Assembly (NCBI RefSeq): GCF_000181795.1
Contig: NW_003526943.1
Coordinates: forward strand, 9,718,849 to 9,782,848
DNA: 64,000 nt
Source: Trichinella spiralis
Lineage: Eukaryota
Direction: 5' to 3'
The position numbers and the translations under genes were made by a program. Positions 48,201-63,462 of this stretch are shown piece by piece (position 1 is the stretch's first letter; the number at the start of each line of letters is the position of its first letter). The notes under the pieces are model-generated. The model ran no database searches. It saw only the letters and a program-made list of their open reading frames with translations, and had not been told where the DNA came from.

Positions 48201-50250
48201 AGGTGGATGATACCGCTAATTATCGCTATGAAGGCACAATTTCGAGAACAAGTTATGATAAATTTTGATAAATAGTCATATAAAAAAGGTATAACTTTAA
48301 CTAAAGAATAAATGAATTATAATGAACTAAAAATCACAAAAGTAAAATGAATATTTTTTACTTTCAAAATGATTCAAGAGATGACATTTCTGATATTTGA
48401 AATAACATTTAAAATAATGCTACATCTAATCTACGTACAAAAACAAAAATTGCAAATTGACTTAATTTCTCAAAACTGCAAATTAACTACAAATTTAAAA
48501 TCTTTTTTTCATCACCAGTAAATGTTGCTTATTGATAATTAATTTAAATTTTTTTTATGTATTTGAGCGCTATTTTGCACTATGAAATATGCTTTACAGC
48601 ATGTTAGCCATAATTAAATCGACTTTAATGAATTGCAGACAACAAAGACATATATTCGACAATGACATACGTCAGATTAAGCTAATGCGCTCATCATTTG
48701 GTGCCAGTGAAAAACAGCACGCATCAGAAAGTTGTATTCTACTGCTTATGACATATTACCAATCCAATATACGTATATGCATAAGTATATAAATAAATAT
48801 AATGCAAATGGACTGAAAAACGACTTCACTCTTACGTGTAAATTTCATGCCAGCAATAACAATTCTCGTTAATTTGTTGCTACACAGAAGAGCTAACTAA
48901 ATTTCCTATTAAATTACTAAATAAACTAAATGTTACTTATTGAAAACGAAATACTTTCTTAAAATATGTAGCCTTTTAATCTGGGAAAATTAACTGGACA
49001 GTGCAAAAATTATAGGAAATATCTCCTTTACAAAATTAACTGCCAGTTATTTTACTTTTGAAATTTCCTGCTTGATAAAATTTAATGTTTCATTTAATTA
49101 GAATAAAAAGCATTTCATTTCGAAAGTGCATATTGCAAAATAGTTTTTTGTATGCTATTTTCATTTAACAGAAGACAGAAAATTTCAGATAAACAATTCT
49201 CAGAGGTATAATTATAACAATAATATTATTTAGGTAAAATACACAGTCTGTATAGAATTAATGAATCTATAAGTATTGCACATGCAAACAAATATTCTTT
49301 TTTATTTGTTCTGTGTTTTCATAAAAGTGAAATTCATCACTTATTACTGCATTTATGCTCATTCATGTACTTATTACTGAAATAGACAAAAAAACGAATA
49401 AGCAAAAACTTCACTTACTTATTGGATAGACAATAAAAAATGGAAGCCAGCAAGCGAAGAAAATTGCAATCACATATGCCAGAGTCCTGTAAGTTTTGTT
49501 CTGCTGTTTGGCTAGAGCTTTTTGTATTCCAGACGTACTTTCATCGCTGCCGTAGTGGATTCGAAGTCCTGTACCTCTAGACTGCCTCTTTGTAGCCAAA
49601 TTTCGACGTCGAGCGTTCAGAAGCAAAGTAATTTTACAAGAAACGACAATAATAAGCAACAAAGGAATGTAAAATGAAAGCATCACTGAGAGAAGAAGAT
49701 GATTAAGCTGGTAACCAACGAAGCACACTTCAGTGTTCTTCGTTTCTACTTCTGTGTCGTATTTAAGGCAAATTAACAGCACTGCTAAGGAATATAACCA
49801 AATAATTGCAATTGAGAACCAAATTTTCCCTCTTGATCTAGATGTGATGCAAGCCAGTGGATTCATAATAGCGTGCAACCGTTGCACGCTAATAACGCAT
49901 AACGTAACAATTGAAGCAGTACTGCAAATCACATCCATTGATATCCAAAAGCGGCACATCTCAAAACCCAAAGGCCAATTACCATCTGTTAACAGCATCA
50001 TTAAAGCAAGCGGCATGACTACCGTACCTACAAGCAGATCTGCCACTGCCAAATTCATAATTAATAAACTGCTCTGTTTGTGAAAAAGTTTTCTGTCGGC
50101 AACAATTACCAAAATTACAATAGAATTTCCAATAACAGTTAAAACGGTCAACAATGCCGGAAAAACGGCAATCAGTATTTTGTTGATATCCGGCACTGTA
50201 TTGTTGCTAACATTATTGGCAAATGCAGACATCGCTTTGCATCTTGGCAT
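45266..50250 (-). CDS. Class A aminergic GPCR (octopamine/tyramine/dopamine-receptor-like); exons 50250-49419 and 45426-45266
   Basis: TM1 GNSIV, TM2 NLAVADLLVG..VMP, W-GFEMC-FW, TM3 Asp (SMDVICSTASI), TM5 SFYIP, TM6 CWLPFF; exon 2 supplies TM7 WLGYSNSICNVVIY and helix 8. Confidence 0.9.
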
Positions 50251-53200
50251 CCAATGTTAGATGCCGTAATCTAGCATCCTCCTCCAGTCGGGCTCTTTAG
50301 TTATCTAAAAGAATTATCGTAAAATTAATAAACACGACAATACCAAATGCACAATGCTTTGGTATAAAATGAACATACGCGCAACGCAAGTCACGAATGC
50401 ACGCAATTGATAAGCAGCAGCTCTGTAGAGGGAGCTGTTAAATGCGTGAAAAATATCAATCGATAAATTGTTTGGCCCTGATATACATGTGAAACATTCA
50501 TGTTATTCATCTTTATCTTACAAGACAATGTCAACAACCTTAGATTAAATAAATTGAAACGAAAGCTAAACAAATATGCTCGACATAAAGTCTGTGTAAC
50601 GTTTTTACCAACGAAATTATCCACATATTCAGGGATAGGATCCGATCATGCAAATGTTCCACTCCACATGAACAGCCTTATTTTTATAGTCAATTTCATG
50701 CTGACAATTTGCTCCTTTTTAGTGAATGTGTACATCTCTATAATACAGTGTAAGGCTGTTAACAAAGAATAAATGGGGTACAATATCACATCCAACAAAT
50801 AAACACTGCAGTTCATAAATGCATGCAACAAAGATTTTTTAATTTCAACAATATCAAAAACTTTCAAAATGAAATTTCCATCATATATGGAATTGTATAT
50901 ATATACATAGAAATACTTCCGTGAATTCATCGTGAAAAGTTGCGTTTTTACAAAATATACAAGAATTTGAAAATGAAAATATTCCAGTAGCCATTACTAT
51001 TATGCCAGATTATTAGAAAATTTTTTGAAAAAAGAAAAAAAGAAAATCTGCATGAATATTGACTATATTGACTTTTTAAAATTTTGGTTCAGAGTTTATA
51101 TTTTATATTGAAAATGCTTATATTTGTAACATGTCAGCTATTTGAAAAAAATCAAGAAAAAAAATCTCGTGTTTTTGTAATTTAGTGAATAAATTGTAAA
51201 AATGCATGCAATTTATTAAAAATAATTGCAAGAAATTGGGGAGCCGTTTGACAGAAAAATAAAAATGATTTAATAAATTTAATAATAATTTTGAGATTTA
51301 AAAACTGAAGAAGAGCTGCAGGTATTATAGGCGATATTTGTTTGGGGTTATGAAATGTAAACAAACATTAAAATGCCACTATTCATCAGATTTCCTTTCA
51401 TTCACCATAAGACAACACTATACCTGTTGAAAAGAATTAAAGAATTGAATAAAGAAATCATTATATTTTTTAATTTAAATTAATTCATCCAATAAAAGGT
51501 AAATTTACATCATAGTCTAGTTAGCAGATTAAAAACTGTTTTACAAATATTAATTGACTGCTTCGCTCACAAGCGTGATGAAAAAAGGTACGTTCAGCCT
51601 TGAAACATCTTCTAACTGTACAAACGGACATTCCACGCTTAGTGGATAACTTTTATAAATTACTTTTTTTGAAAAAAACTAATTTTCAGCATTCACACTT
51701 CAGAACTTGAAAATTGTATAGTTTTAACGAAAAATCAACTACATTAAATAATAAATAAATAATTATATCAAATTATTACCGGTGTAAATAAATTCAGATA
51801 AAAGATAAACTGTTGATAACAAGATTATTACTACCTTTTACAAACTGTGATAAAGTGCCCATGTTTTAAATGTCAAAATTCTTTTTCCTTCTTATACACG
51901 TTAATAATATTGCAGTAATGCTTTGCTTTATGGTATGCATTAGTTTCAGGTTTTTCAATTCTGAGGTTATTCTTGGAAGAATACTGATAAATGCAATTCA
52001 TTTCAAAGTTTGTCGCAGTTGCTTATTAAACGCTCCAAGCCAAATATATCACTAAATTAAGGTTTAATAAACACATCGAAGAGCTTAATAATTAAATTAA
52101 TATCATCCTTTTTCAGAGATGAAGCAGTTTTCAAGTTTGTAGAAAAAATATTCAAAAATGTAAAATTCTCAAATTGCTTGCTTGAAATTGCTTTATAATA
52201 TTTTATGAATAAGAATTCATTTAAATGAGGTATTGAGTTCTTAAACTGAGGTTCTTTAAATTACCCTTTCCTTCATGAGCTGTCTTTTCGATGGTAAAGT
52301 TATGTGAAAAGAAAAATGATGAACATTTATCTATTATTCATACGTAAATGCTTCCAATGACGGATTCTAGTAGAACTTATTAAATCCTTTAATAACAAAT
52401 TATGTAATGCTGAGTGATATTTGAAATTTCTCTTCATTTTAAAACTTGTAACATGATATCTATGCTACAGATCAAAATGTTGTCAGAAAAAAATATTTAT
52501 TCATCATTCAGTCTGATACGTATAAAACGTCAAAGTCATTAGCATTTGAAATATGTAAAAAATGTCATACTAATAAATTTTCCTATGGATAATAATATAA
52601 AAATTATTTTTAGAAATATTTTGACTTTGAAAAGCAACATTTTATATGGATTAGCATTAAAAGAAAAAAATTTTTATCTTTATAAAAGTGTTAATATTAA
52701 ACTGAATGATTTCATATTTCGTATAGATTGTGTGCATGTAAGTAAATTTATAAGCACAATCAAAGCTTCTTCTACATGAGAAAAGTAAGAATTTATGTGA
52801 ATTTAGGAAAGTGACAAACAGAAGAAAATGGCGTGAAATCGATATACATGTCTGTTTCAAAGTTTCAAGATAATAGCAGAAGAGTGTCAGATCAAAGGAA
52901 ATCGAAATTCAAGTCATAGACACATTTTCCACACACAAACATGCACATGACCGCCAAGTGCAAGCCATATCACGGTAAATAACGTCAAATTTGCTCAGTA
53001 ATGAAAAATCAAGCAGCTGACAGAAAATCATCATGAATATCTAAATGAACAAGACTAGATATTAATTTAAACATGGATTTGTCAATTTTAAAATTCGCAC
53101 ACTGATTTAAATCATTACATCTCATGCTTCGATTACACAATTTCAAATGGCATTTTCTGTTTGATATTTTTGTAAAAAACGTTCATATCACTGACGATAG

Positions 53201-56200
53201 AATGTCTTCATTTCAGGTGAGGAAATTGCAAATTATGACTAATAACCTAGAAACGTCATCGGGAAGTTACTGACTTCATTATTATTATAAACGGCTAATC
53301 CCAAGCGTTTGCTTAGATTCGTAGAAAATTCTGCTTTGAACCTTCGGTTGAATATATCATAAATATGTTTTGCATAAATTGGGTTTTTAGTTCTAATATC
53401 TAAGACTACACTTATGCTTTCAGTGTGCAGCAAATTAAAAAGAAGAAGAAACAACTTAAACAATCAAACAACAGAAGTATAAAAAAATATCGATTTTTAT
53501 TTGCTAAAAAACAATAAAAAATAATAATACATAATTTAATTTTTCCGTTTGAAAATTATTCCGTCAAACGTACTTCAGGCAGGGATAGATGAAATTCTAT
53601 ATTTTCTAATCTATCACAACAGCAGCAGTAAATCAACAACAACAACGACGACGACGACGAAATTCAACTTATTCGTCATGTATTATTATTTCAATTGTTG
53701 CTTGTTATAAAGTATTATTTTAATCAATAAAAAAATATTATTTTTTTATTTGAATAAGCTCAATCTTTCAACTTTCAAAAACAACAACCTACAAATACGC
53801 TTTGCAATAAAATGATTTCCAATTATGATTAAAAATGAAGAAACTCTAAGGAGAATAAGAGTGAAATTTCTAATGACAACTAATGAAACCGTGAATCTGC
53901 ACAATTTTCTTTTTTGACAATCTTTGAGTATTATTTTTCAATACATCCATATCAGTTGAAGTTGAAATCAATTTTTCAAGCAAGCAAGCAAAACGAGATA
54001 TAAAAAAATTGTCAGTGATCAAGCATGCGTGTCTGAGGACTGTACAAATGCAATATCATTTGATTAAAAAGGTATTCATAAATATGCTATTAAATATACA
54101 AAAACTGTGTTCAAATATTTTCCATATTTACAGATGTATACCAAATTCAATTAGTCACAAATTTATTCACACTGCCTGTTAATTACTGAATGATTCAAAT
54201 TCCATTATAAATGGTCAATTAATTGAATAGATGGATAATGCTTTGTTTACGAATAAAATTTATAGAATATTATTAAAAATTATTCTTAACTACAAATACA
54301 ATAGCAGAATTAATATAGAGCGGATTTTATCATACTATCATGATTAAAGTTAAGAGGTAAAAAAAGGAATAACTAAAATTAAAGGGTGTGCATTTTCTGA
54401 AATGCATGCAATCGCTGATACGTTAAATTTTGATTTTGAAATTTCTCGACTCTACAACCTGCCATGTTGAAAGCGATATTGACTTTCAAAATATTTAAAA
54501 TTCGAAAATCAATTTTCAATTTAGCCAAAGCTTTAGCTGATCATAAAATTTATTTGACATCTCCCATATGCAAATTAATACTCTGTTGCATATTTAATTT
54601 CATTAAACTCCAAGCGCATTAATGCATACATATTACATTACATGCTATTTTTAAAACTGAATTTTGAAATTATATTACATTTTACATCACAACAAATATG
54701 TTTTAAACTCATTTTTTGTCTCATCTTATTAGATAAATAACAAAATAATGAAAATTTGAAATCACAAGATCATCTAAATATAAATTTGCAAAAATGGCAT
54801 TTACAAAATGTATTCTGAAATATACCCAGGAATTTTTTAATTAAATTTACCGCTAAAAAATTAAATTTCACTATGAAACAAATTACTTAGGAAAAAGAAT
54901 AACAAAAAGTGAAATTACAGAATAAGCGTTGCAATTATGGGAATTATTTCTGCAAATTATAAAAGTGAATTTTAATTTAAAAAATATAAAACGTAATTTT
55001 ATATCAAATATAAAGTTTAATCAATGTAGGTTTTATTTTAAAAGAGTATTTCAAAAATTTTCAAATGCAAATGCAATTGCTTTTTTCATTGTCTTACACC
55101 TGTTAATCATCTCTTATCACGTGTTTAAAATCATCAGAATGCATTTTCTAAATATTTATATGTATCAAAAAATCGTTTTAAAATCACAGCCACGAGAAGG
55201 CAATTTTGAATTATTGCTCTTGATTGCATTAATTCATCAAAAACTGAAAATACAACCAAATGATCATGTTCAAATTAAAAATTTGTTCTACATAATTATT
55301 TTATTATTTTACAGTACAAATTTTATTTCCTTCATTAAAAATTGAGTAATAATAATAATATTATTATTATTATTTGCTGCCTGATGAACCGTGCAAAATT
55401 ACAACCTATTCAAAAGAAAGATGTTTGACAATTTGTATTTGTATGAAAATGCACTTGATCAGAAGTGCAATATTAATTGAACATCGTGAAGTACAGCATG
55501 AAATTAGAAAGCAGTATCTTGTGGAACTAGTGAAAAATTTATAAGCATGTCACTGGTCAATTATTAAGTAATGAACAGATCCACCAACTTATGTTATGCT
55601 CAATAAACAAAAGCAAGGATAAAACTGTGAATGGATTTTCAGTTGCAATTTTTATTTTACGAACCGACATTATGGCAAAGTTTGCGCGAAGTTGATGCAT
55701 ACTGAACTCATCTGTTGTTGCTAGTTTGTCCATAAAATTTTATTTAAAATTTTAATAGCCACAGCAACCGGAAAATAAATATAAATACAATTGTTTAAGC
55801 ATTGCTAGTATCTATGATTTCTTCTCAGCAAGTTTACTCTCCCAAAGCTCGAAGCTTTAATGTTGGAAATTTCAAGAACAACTGTTTTCAAAGAATTGCT
55901 TGCAACTGTTGAAGAAATTGCTTCGGCAGTTAATTCCGACGAGCTGTCACATGCAAACTAGCAAATTTTCCCAACAAAATCATTACAACCATCATTATAT
56001 CGGCGTGCATAATAGTCAATCGACTTTTTCAAATTTAGGTATATTTATAACTTTTGCGCGGATGAGGTGCAAAATTTACCTTTGAATAATTATACGATAC
56101 AACAATAAAAGTCAAAAAGCAAAATATCCAATTGAATAATTGGAAGCACTTGAATAACTTCAAAAATGTAGATATGCATCGAAAAATGAAAAATGAATTT

Positions 56201-59092
56201 GACAAGAAACACATCAAGTTGTGATATTGCATCTTGTATAATGCAGTTGTATTTTCACTTTATCCGGTATACTAAATTCAGAAAATAAGAAAATATGCAG
56301 AATAGAACTTTTATAAAAATTAAAAAAAATTTACTTTTCATGTTGGGACATTCGGATATATGAAATTTCATTTCATTGATTTAAATTCAATAAGAGTAGA
56401 TAAACAAAATAATGAAATTTGATAGCGCAGTATTGCTATTTTTTATTAAGCAAAAAAAGAAATTGAATTTAAAATTTTTCGAACAATTACGAGTAAATTT
56501 AATAAAATTTTGATTTTCATTTTACATTAAAGTTTAAAGAAAAACCCTATTTCAAATCTGAAATATTTGAACACTCTGCAATTCCGATGATCAGATTTAG
56601 ATAAAAATAAAGGAAAATATAAAATTTCAAAAAAATTGTCAAATTTAATTTTCAAAAAATAAAGATAGAAAACATTTCAATAAATGCAAATTGCTTTAAA
56701 GGCTGCTGCTGAAAATTTAAAATGTAAATAAAAATGTGAAATGAGCAGATTTTCATTTTTCTTTTTTATATACATCTGACAAAATGATATTTTAAAAATG
56801 TAAAATTCCTGAAAAACAAACCAGAAATGTAAAAAAATATTAATTAAAACTACTTTAATTATTATCGAGTTATTTTTAAATTTGTGGACGGAAAAGAGAT
56901 TTGAAATTGTTTTTCTTAGATGAGATAAATGATTGAAAACATAAAATGCAATGAAATAAAGGTCTAATTTTATGGGAAATATTTATTCATTAAAAATGTT
57001 TTTTTTTCAAAAATTAGTAAATATTGAAATATATATTTTTTAAAATATTATGCATAAACTTGCAAGTGCATGTGTAAGCATGATATAAAATAAAAATTCT
57101 TAAGAAGAAGAAGAAGCCGCTTTTGGTTTTTTGAAATATAAATTGAAATTATATTACTTGAAATGTGTTGCGCCTTTGTCAACGGTCAGCTATGTGCAAG
57201 CGTAGTGCCATGAGCCAGTTCGCTATGCAATGATGACATTAATCTGCTCGAGCTTGGCTGGATGTTCATAAATATATTGACGAGATAATTTTCAATAGCA
57301 AGAATATCTTCCGTCTGAAAGGAGCAAAATTAAACAAACTAAATAAACAATTATGAAATGTTTGTGCAAACTTTGAATTCATTTATTTCTATATTGCAGG
57401 TACGTCGATGTCAAAAAAATTTATGATTCATATTTTTATTATTTATTAAATTCTTGGCGTTAAAAAAGAGAAAAATTTCCATTATTTTATATTCAAATGT
57501 TGTACAGAATAACATGAAATTACAATTTCAATTTGTTGTTCAGTTTTGAACAATAAATGACGACAATGCCATCAAAACAAAAGCCATCACACAATATCAG
57601 CAATATTATTGTTGTAATTCTACTGACGGTGTTCGTTCCTATTGAAGCATATATTTATTTCTGTTTTGAAATTTATTTGCTATTGATGCTTTTAATCAAC
57701 TTTTTAATGCTTTTGTATGTAAATAATTTTTGTTGGAACAAACTATTCTACAAATATTTTTTTGCTAAACCTATTTTATTTATACTAATTTTAATATATG
57801 TATATTTTTTTAACTAATATATATTCATCTGTATCCATATAATTTTTTAGCTTTATACAAAAATAAGATGATGATGCATTTAATTTGATTTTATATGGCA
57901 AATTTGTTCAATTGAATTGAGAAGAATAATCATTTCAAAATATCCAATCTAATCTAATTTAACTTTCATTTGTAATTAAATTCTTTTTTTTGAAGTTTAC
58001 ATAATATGAAAAATTTTTTCTGTTTTTACAAACAAAAATAGAGACAAATAAAATGCTGTTATTGTTCGCAAAATTATTATGTAAAACCAATCGAAAGAAT
58101 AATTTAATAATGTTGAAAGTTAATAAATTTAAATAAATTTACATTTTTATCTCATAAAAATAACAGCTTAGCTTTCAGATAGCACAAAAGAAGTTTGAAA
58201 ATTAAAATTAAAAAAGAAAAATTGGTATATAATTTATTTTAAATCAAAACATCTTAAATAAAGATTATTATTATTTGAAAACAATGAAAATTTGTCAACA
58301 ATTTTAATAAAATACTCCCATTCGAAGCGTCCATCTATCGAATCATGTTTTACTTACTGAAAAAATATTTTTTACAATATTCCCTTTTAGAAATTTCAAA
58401 CGCATCGTGTGGTAATAAATTAAAATATTTTCCTGATCATGAAAAATCAGCTAAGAAGTCAGAACAATTTTTTCTGACCACTAATAATAATATTATTACT
58501 ATTATTATTATTATTATTAATGTTTGGTATAGTGTGAAATGAAAATTAGCTAGCAAATTCGATTAAAGTCTATAAAATGATTATTTTGGTCACAATTGAG
58601 CATTTCAATCAGACAAGCACAATGCAAGCAAACGGCAAACTCTGATCACGTCACGTTGGAAATCACTTTTCATCCAACTGTGAATTTCCTTTTTTTTCCC
58701 ATTTCTTTCAATTTATACAATACAGTTTTTCTAATAAAATACGTTTCAAAAAGCTTTTTTAAAAGAAAAAATTCATACTTAAAATATATTAAAATTATTA
58801 TATTGAAAAGAAAAATGCAAATTTCAATTTCATTTGTGACAATTTTCAAATGGAATTAAAGATGAAATTTATACAATGGAATGAATGAATAATGCAAATG
58901 CTTCAAACTGAAATCATCACATTTGAATATTTGTATATGCTGTTTCATTTATTTCACTTGCCTCGATTTCGATTTATTACAGTAATGGTTATTATTATAT
59001 TATTATTGAAATGGAAACATTTTCAAGAACAAAAATTCCCAATCCACTTATAAAAAACAAACAAATATGTATAGATATACATTTCTATTATT

Positions 59093-60806
59093 CTAAATTA
59101 AATTTTTCACAGATGACAAAAAGCGTTCATTGAACTTGTCAACGCCAAATCGTTGTACGGAATTTCTAGCAGCTTCTTGCATTCGTCTTCGGACGTTTGG
59201 CGGCATTTGTAAAATTTTCACAATAGCATCCGAATATTCTTCGGCCGAAGATGCGGTAAAGCCGACTTTGTGGGTGTGAAAATTTTTCACAATATCCAAT
59301 TTCGGACCGCCGGAATCGTTGGCAACGACAATAATCCCAGAAGCCATCATTTCGACAATGCCTAAATTGAGCAATTTCAACTTCAATCATCGATATTTAT
59401 TTTCATTTTCAACAACGTGAAACAGTTCTGTGTAGATAACGCAATAAAATTAATTAATTATTACAAAATCAAATTTACCAATTCCAAAATGTTCATTCCA
59501 CATCGTGTGAATTCCAACAGTAGCTCCAGCTAGCAGTTCAACAAGTTCATCGAAACTGACGTTCACGTGCCAAACAATTTGATCACTTGGAATTCCAATA
59601 TCCCGAGCCAATTTTTGCAATGATCGCAGACGTTGCTGATCATCACTGTCTCGACAACCGCCAACAAGAGCCAGCTTGACATTTTTTTGATTCAAATTAG
59701 ACGCAGCAAGCTTGTCCAAAAGTAGTCTGAAGCTTGCCAACGCCAACGGATAATCTTTCTCGGGTCGAAACTGTCCAATGGCAATTATGCCAATAGAATC
59801 TGCATCGTTGGCACGTTCAAATGGAATCTTCTCAAATATACCAACATCACACGGTGGATAGACAAGAAACGTATACTCTGGATTTCTCCAAAGTTCAAGA
59901 ATGTGATTTCTTGTCCAAGTGGAGTTGACCATCACCACGTTTGTAGAACAGCCCGCAAATTTGTACAACAACGCGAACGCTTTGTAATAATAAAGCTTAG
60001 CCGCTGAAAAAAGAACACTATTGGAAATCCATTCGGCATGATTGTAAGCTGCCTTTTTCTCTTTCACAATTTCCAACATATCCGTACTGATAGTAGGATA
60101 ATGTATATAGCAAGCGGTTTTGCATCCTCCAACATAGCGGAACATTGGAAGCAGAAATGCAAATCCTGTAGTGTCTATGAAAACCGATGGCTGAAAACGA
60201 AACAGTGCCTCAAGACCAACAATCAAGCTAAATAAATTTTGAGCTAACAAAGTGAACCGTGGATACAGAGTATCTTTGAGAAAGAAACAACTGGCCAAGC
60301 GGACAAATTTGACAGTCGATGCAGTGAAACTTAGTCCAAAACGTTTTTCAACATTTTTCAAAATATCCTCATCAGAGCATTCATAATCATCTGAATAAAT
60401 GATAAATTCGACATTTTCGAATCTAAAAAAACAAAAAAATATTAATAAAGAAGAAAATAAAACTTTCTCAAATGTACTACAAGAAAAATTCATCATAAAA
60501 AAAATAAACAATTCAATCATCAATAAATAACTGAAATTTAATAATATAGAAATGTACCCTTTTATAGAGGAGAATATTAAAAATAAAAACAAGAAATAAC
60601 TTTATAATAAATACATACTTTTCCAAAGCTTTAATTGCACACCAAAGAACCCGTTCACCGCCTCCTCCACTGTTGCAATAGGGATGAAAAAAAGCAATGA
60701 AACATTTCCCATTATTACAAGAACGACGGGACAAAAGACGAAATATCACAGCCAAAAGTAGTAAAAGTAACACAATGCTGATAGTCGTCCAACAAAGCAT
60801 TAACAT
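59093..60806 (-). CDS. ALG11: GDP-Man:Man3GlcNAc2-PP-Dol alpha-1,2-mannosyltransferase; 3 exons
   Basis: [72 protein letters not shown]. Confidence 0.97.
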
Positions 60807-61117
60807 CACTACAACTTTAGAATAACATTTCTATAAAAGCATTCTTTTGTCAAAGTATATTACAAAAGTAAAAAACAACAATTCAAACACAACAACTACC
60901 CATTATGTCATACGCTGCTTTTTTTGAATTACTGCAAAAAATTTAAACCTGAAAATCACAAAAATATACTGCATGATAGTAGAAACTGATTTATGGATAA
61001 ATTATATTTCCAGTATTACAAAAGAACAAATAATGTGTTTTCTTACATATTTCAGGTAATAAACAAGCCTTTTTTACGAAATAATTTTTGATTATATAAT
61101 ATGAATATTAACTTTAG

Positions 61118-61597
61118 AACCAAAACTTTCGAAAATACTGCAGAGCAGCAGCTGCAGAACAATCAATTGCTAAAATTTTGAAAGAAAAATTTCCAAAAGC
61201 ACTGTCCATTAAGGTTCAAGATATTTCTGGTATGCTATTTAAATTCACTTTCAAAACTTAAATCAGAAATTAAATAAATGTCAAATATTCTGAACAAATC
61301 GGATTGTTTTTTTTCCTTTCTTAATATAAAGTTTTTTAAGCTACATACTTAAAAAATTTTGCTTACATTTAATCTCTGATGAGTCGATAATTTCAGGAGG
61401 TTGTGGGGCAATGTTTGAGGTGAAGGTGGTGTGCCGTACTTTTCAAAATAAGTCACTCGTTGAGCAGCACAAAGAAGTTAGTGAGGTAACCGTTTAATTT
61501 CAAGTTAGTTGCCCATTTAATTTCACATACTGTTTAGGCTTTGAAGAGTCAAATTCAGCTTATGCACGGTATTCGGATTATTACTGCATCATCATGA
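61118..61597 (+). CDS. BOLA3: BolA-like protein 3 (start exon unresolved); exons about 61118-61229, 61398-61485, 61539-61597
   Basis: Spliced ILKEKFPKALSIKVQDISG|GCGAMFEV...FQNKSLVEQHKEVSE|ALKSQIQLMHGIRI matches the BolA3 DISGGCG...QH...MHG signature. Confidence 0.85.
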
Positions 61598-63462
61598 AAG
61601 CAGGCTTCAATAAACAGCCTAATTTAAAGAATCTATCATTGAAAAACTGCTATCATGCTCACATCATAATAAATAATCCAATTGTTATTTTGCGCTATGT
61701 ATTAATAATTTATTATTCACAAAACATTTAGGAAAGGTTAATCAGTAAAACACTAAAACAGTTATAAAAATTTGATTACTATAAACTAATAATTTCCAAC
61801 AGAATATATTAAATTATTATTGAATTGAAGAAATTAATTTATAAATTTACTGTTTATTCAAGTAATATAATAGCAATTATTCAAAACGCAAATGAAAAGA
61901 TAAAGTGAAATTATATAGTATTTCTGTTTGCGACAATAAAATATTCAATTTCACACTTACAATGCAGCTTATAATACTTCTTTTCAAACAAAACCTTACG
62001 GTACTTGGCTAAATAGTGATATGGTGAAACCAGCTTTACAAAAGTGTTTATCTTCTACAAAATTTCGTGTTACAAAAATAATTAACAGGTACAGTTTTTG
62101 TGTGGCATTTGAATTTTGCCATTATTTAATTTAAATAAATTTACTGAACCTAATAATTATTATTTGAATTAGAATTTTATCCTTTTCAATAACAGTCACT
62201 ATAAAATTTTATGTTGATGTTTTATGATAAGCACTAAAAAAGGTTAAACTGTTGCATTAGCGTGGCAGATCATTTCAAAATTGAAATTAACCACTTCGTA
62301 TACTGATTTTAATGCCTGAAATGCAGTTTATAAAAATGCATGGATTATATTTACAATTTTTGCATAATGTCTTTTCTCTTGACAGAAAAAAAATATAATT
62401 TAAAGTTAGGTTCGGTTAAGTTTAAGCTGAATCTACAAAAACATTTATATATGTCAGCGATTTTGCGACAATTATTAGTTCCATATTAGTGCAAATGCTG
62501 CTGCTCATTTTGTAAAATCGTCTCATATTACTAATCTGCAATCATTTCCATCTTAGTTTTGTTCAGTTTCGTACAGTGGCTAAAGAAGACCGTACTAACG
62601 TTTTTTTCCGTGGAAAAGATTGATGAAATTATCTGCAGCGACGTCCTTGATGCTTCAGCTGGGATTTTGTTGCTTCACAAGTTTGGCAATATGCCCACTA
62701 CATTTTCTCATCTTCTCACAGATGAGGCGAGTAAAACCGTCGATGAACCCTTTCAATTGGAAGCTTTTCACTATATTAGCCAAACAACAGATTCCATGCA
62801 CTGCTTGCAGCTAATTTTCGCGTACATATCTCAGGAAGAACGATTTATATAGTTCCACCAATGTATTTTTATAGGGATGTCGTTTTTCAGGACAGTTTTT
62901 GCTGACCTTTTTTATTAATTTTTCTGATTATGACGTTTGACGGCATTTTATCGGTTGATTCGTTGAAAATGTTCTTCGTACGGATCACATGCAAATGCTG
63001 TCTTTTATTTCTTATTGTTCTCTTTGTTTGGGGAATTCATTCGTTAATAATTCCTAATTGTGAATGGCTTCAACATTTGATTTTGGAATATTTGAGATAA
63101 GTTTGAAAAAAAATAGGATTTTATTTATAATTTCTACAACTTCAAATTTCTGCAACTTTTTAAATGCTCTAAAAATTTCGTAGATGCCAACAAAAAAGCA
63201 TTCATTTCTGATCCTACCATACGTAAACCACTTGAAACCAATAAAAATGTCGAACCAGTGTAAAGAAAATGGACCCGATATCGAACAAACCCAGAAACAA
63301 CTTTTGAACTGAAAACAAAGATGACGACTATAAATGAAGATTTTCCATTATTAATTCATTACAAACGAATGGCAGGTAAAAAACATATTCCACAAAGCTA
63401 ACAAAACTAGTAGAATAAAAAATTCTTTAGAAAATTATAATATAAAGGGGAAAAAAACAAAT

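Noticed and set aside
55780..57320. Exon-like segments near 55830-55960 and 57160-57315
   Set aside because: Short frames with acceptor-like sites but no linked start or recognisable homology. They could be UTR exons of the GPCR but cannot be supported.
62559..62852. 97-aa plus-strand ORF between BOLA3 and TBC1D23
   Set aside because: Non-ATG start, no recognisable domain and no consistent exon chain.
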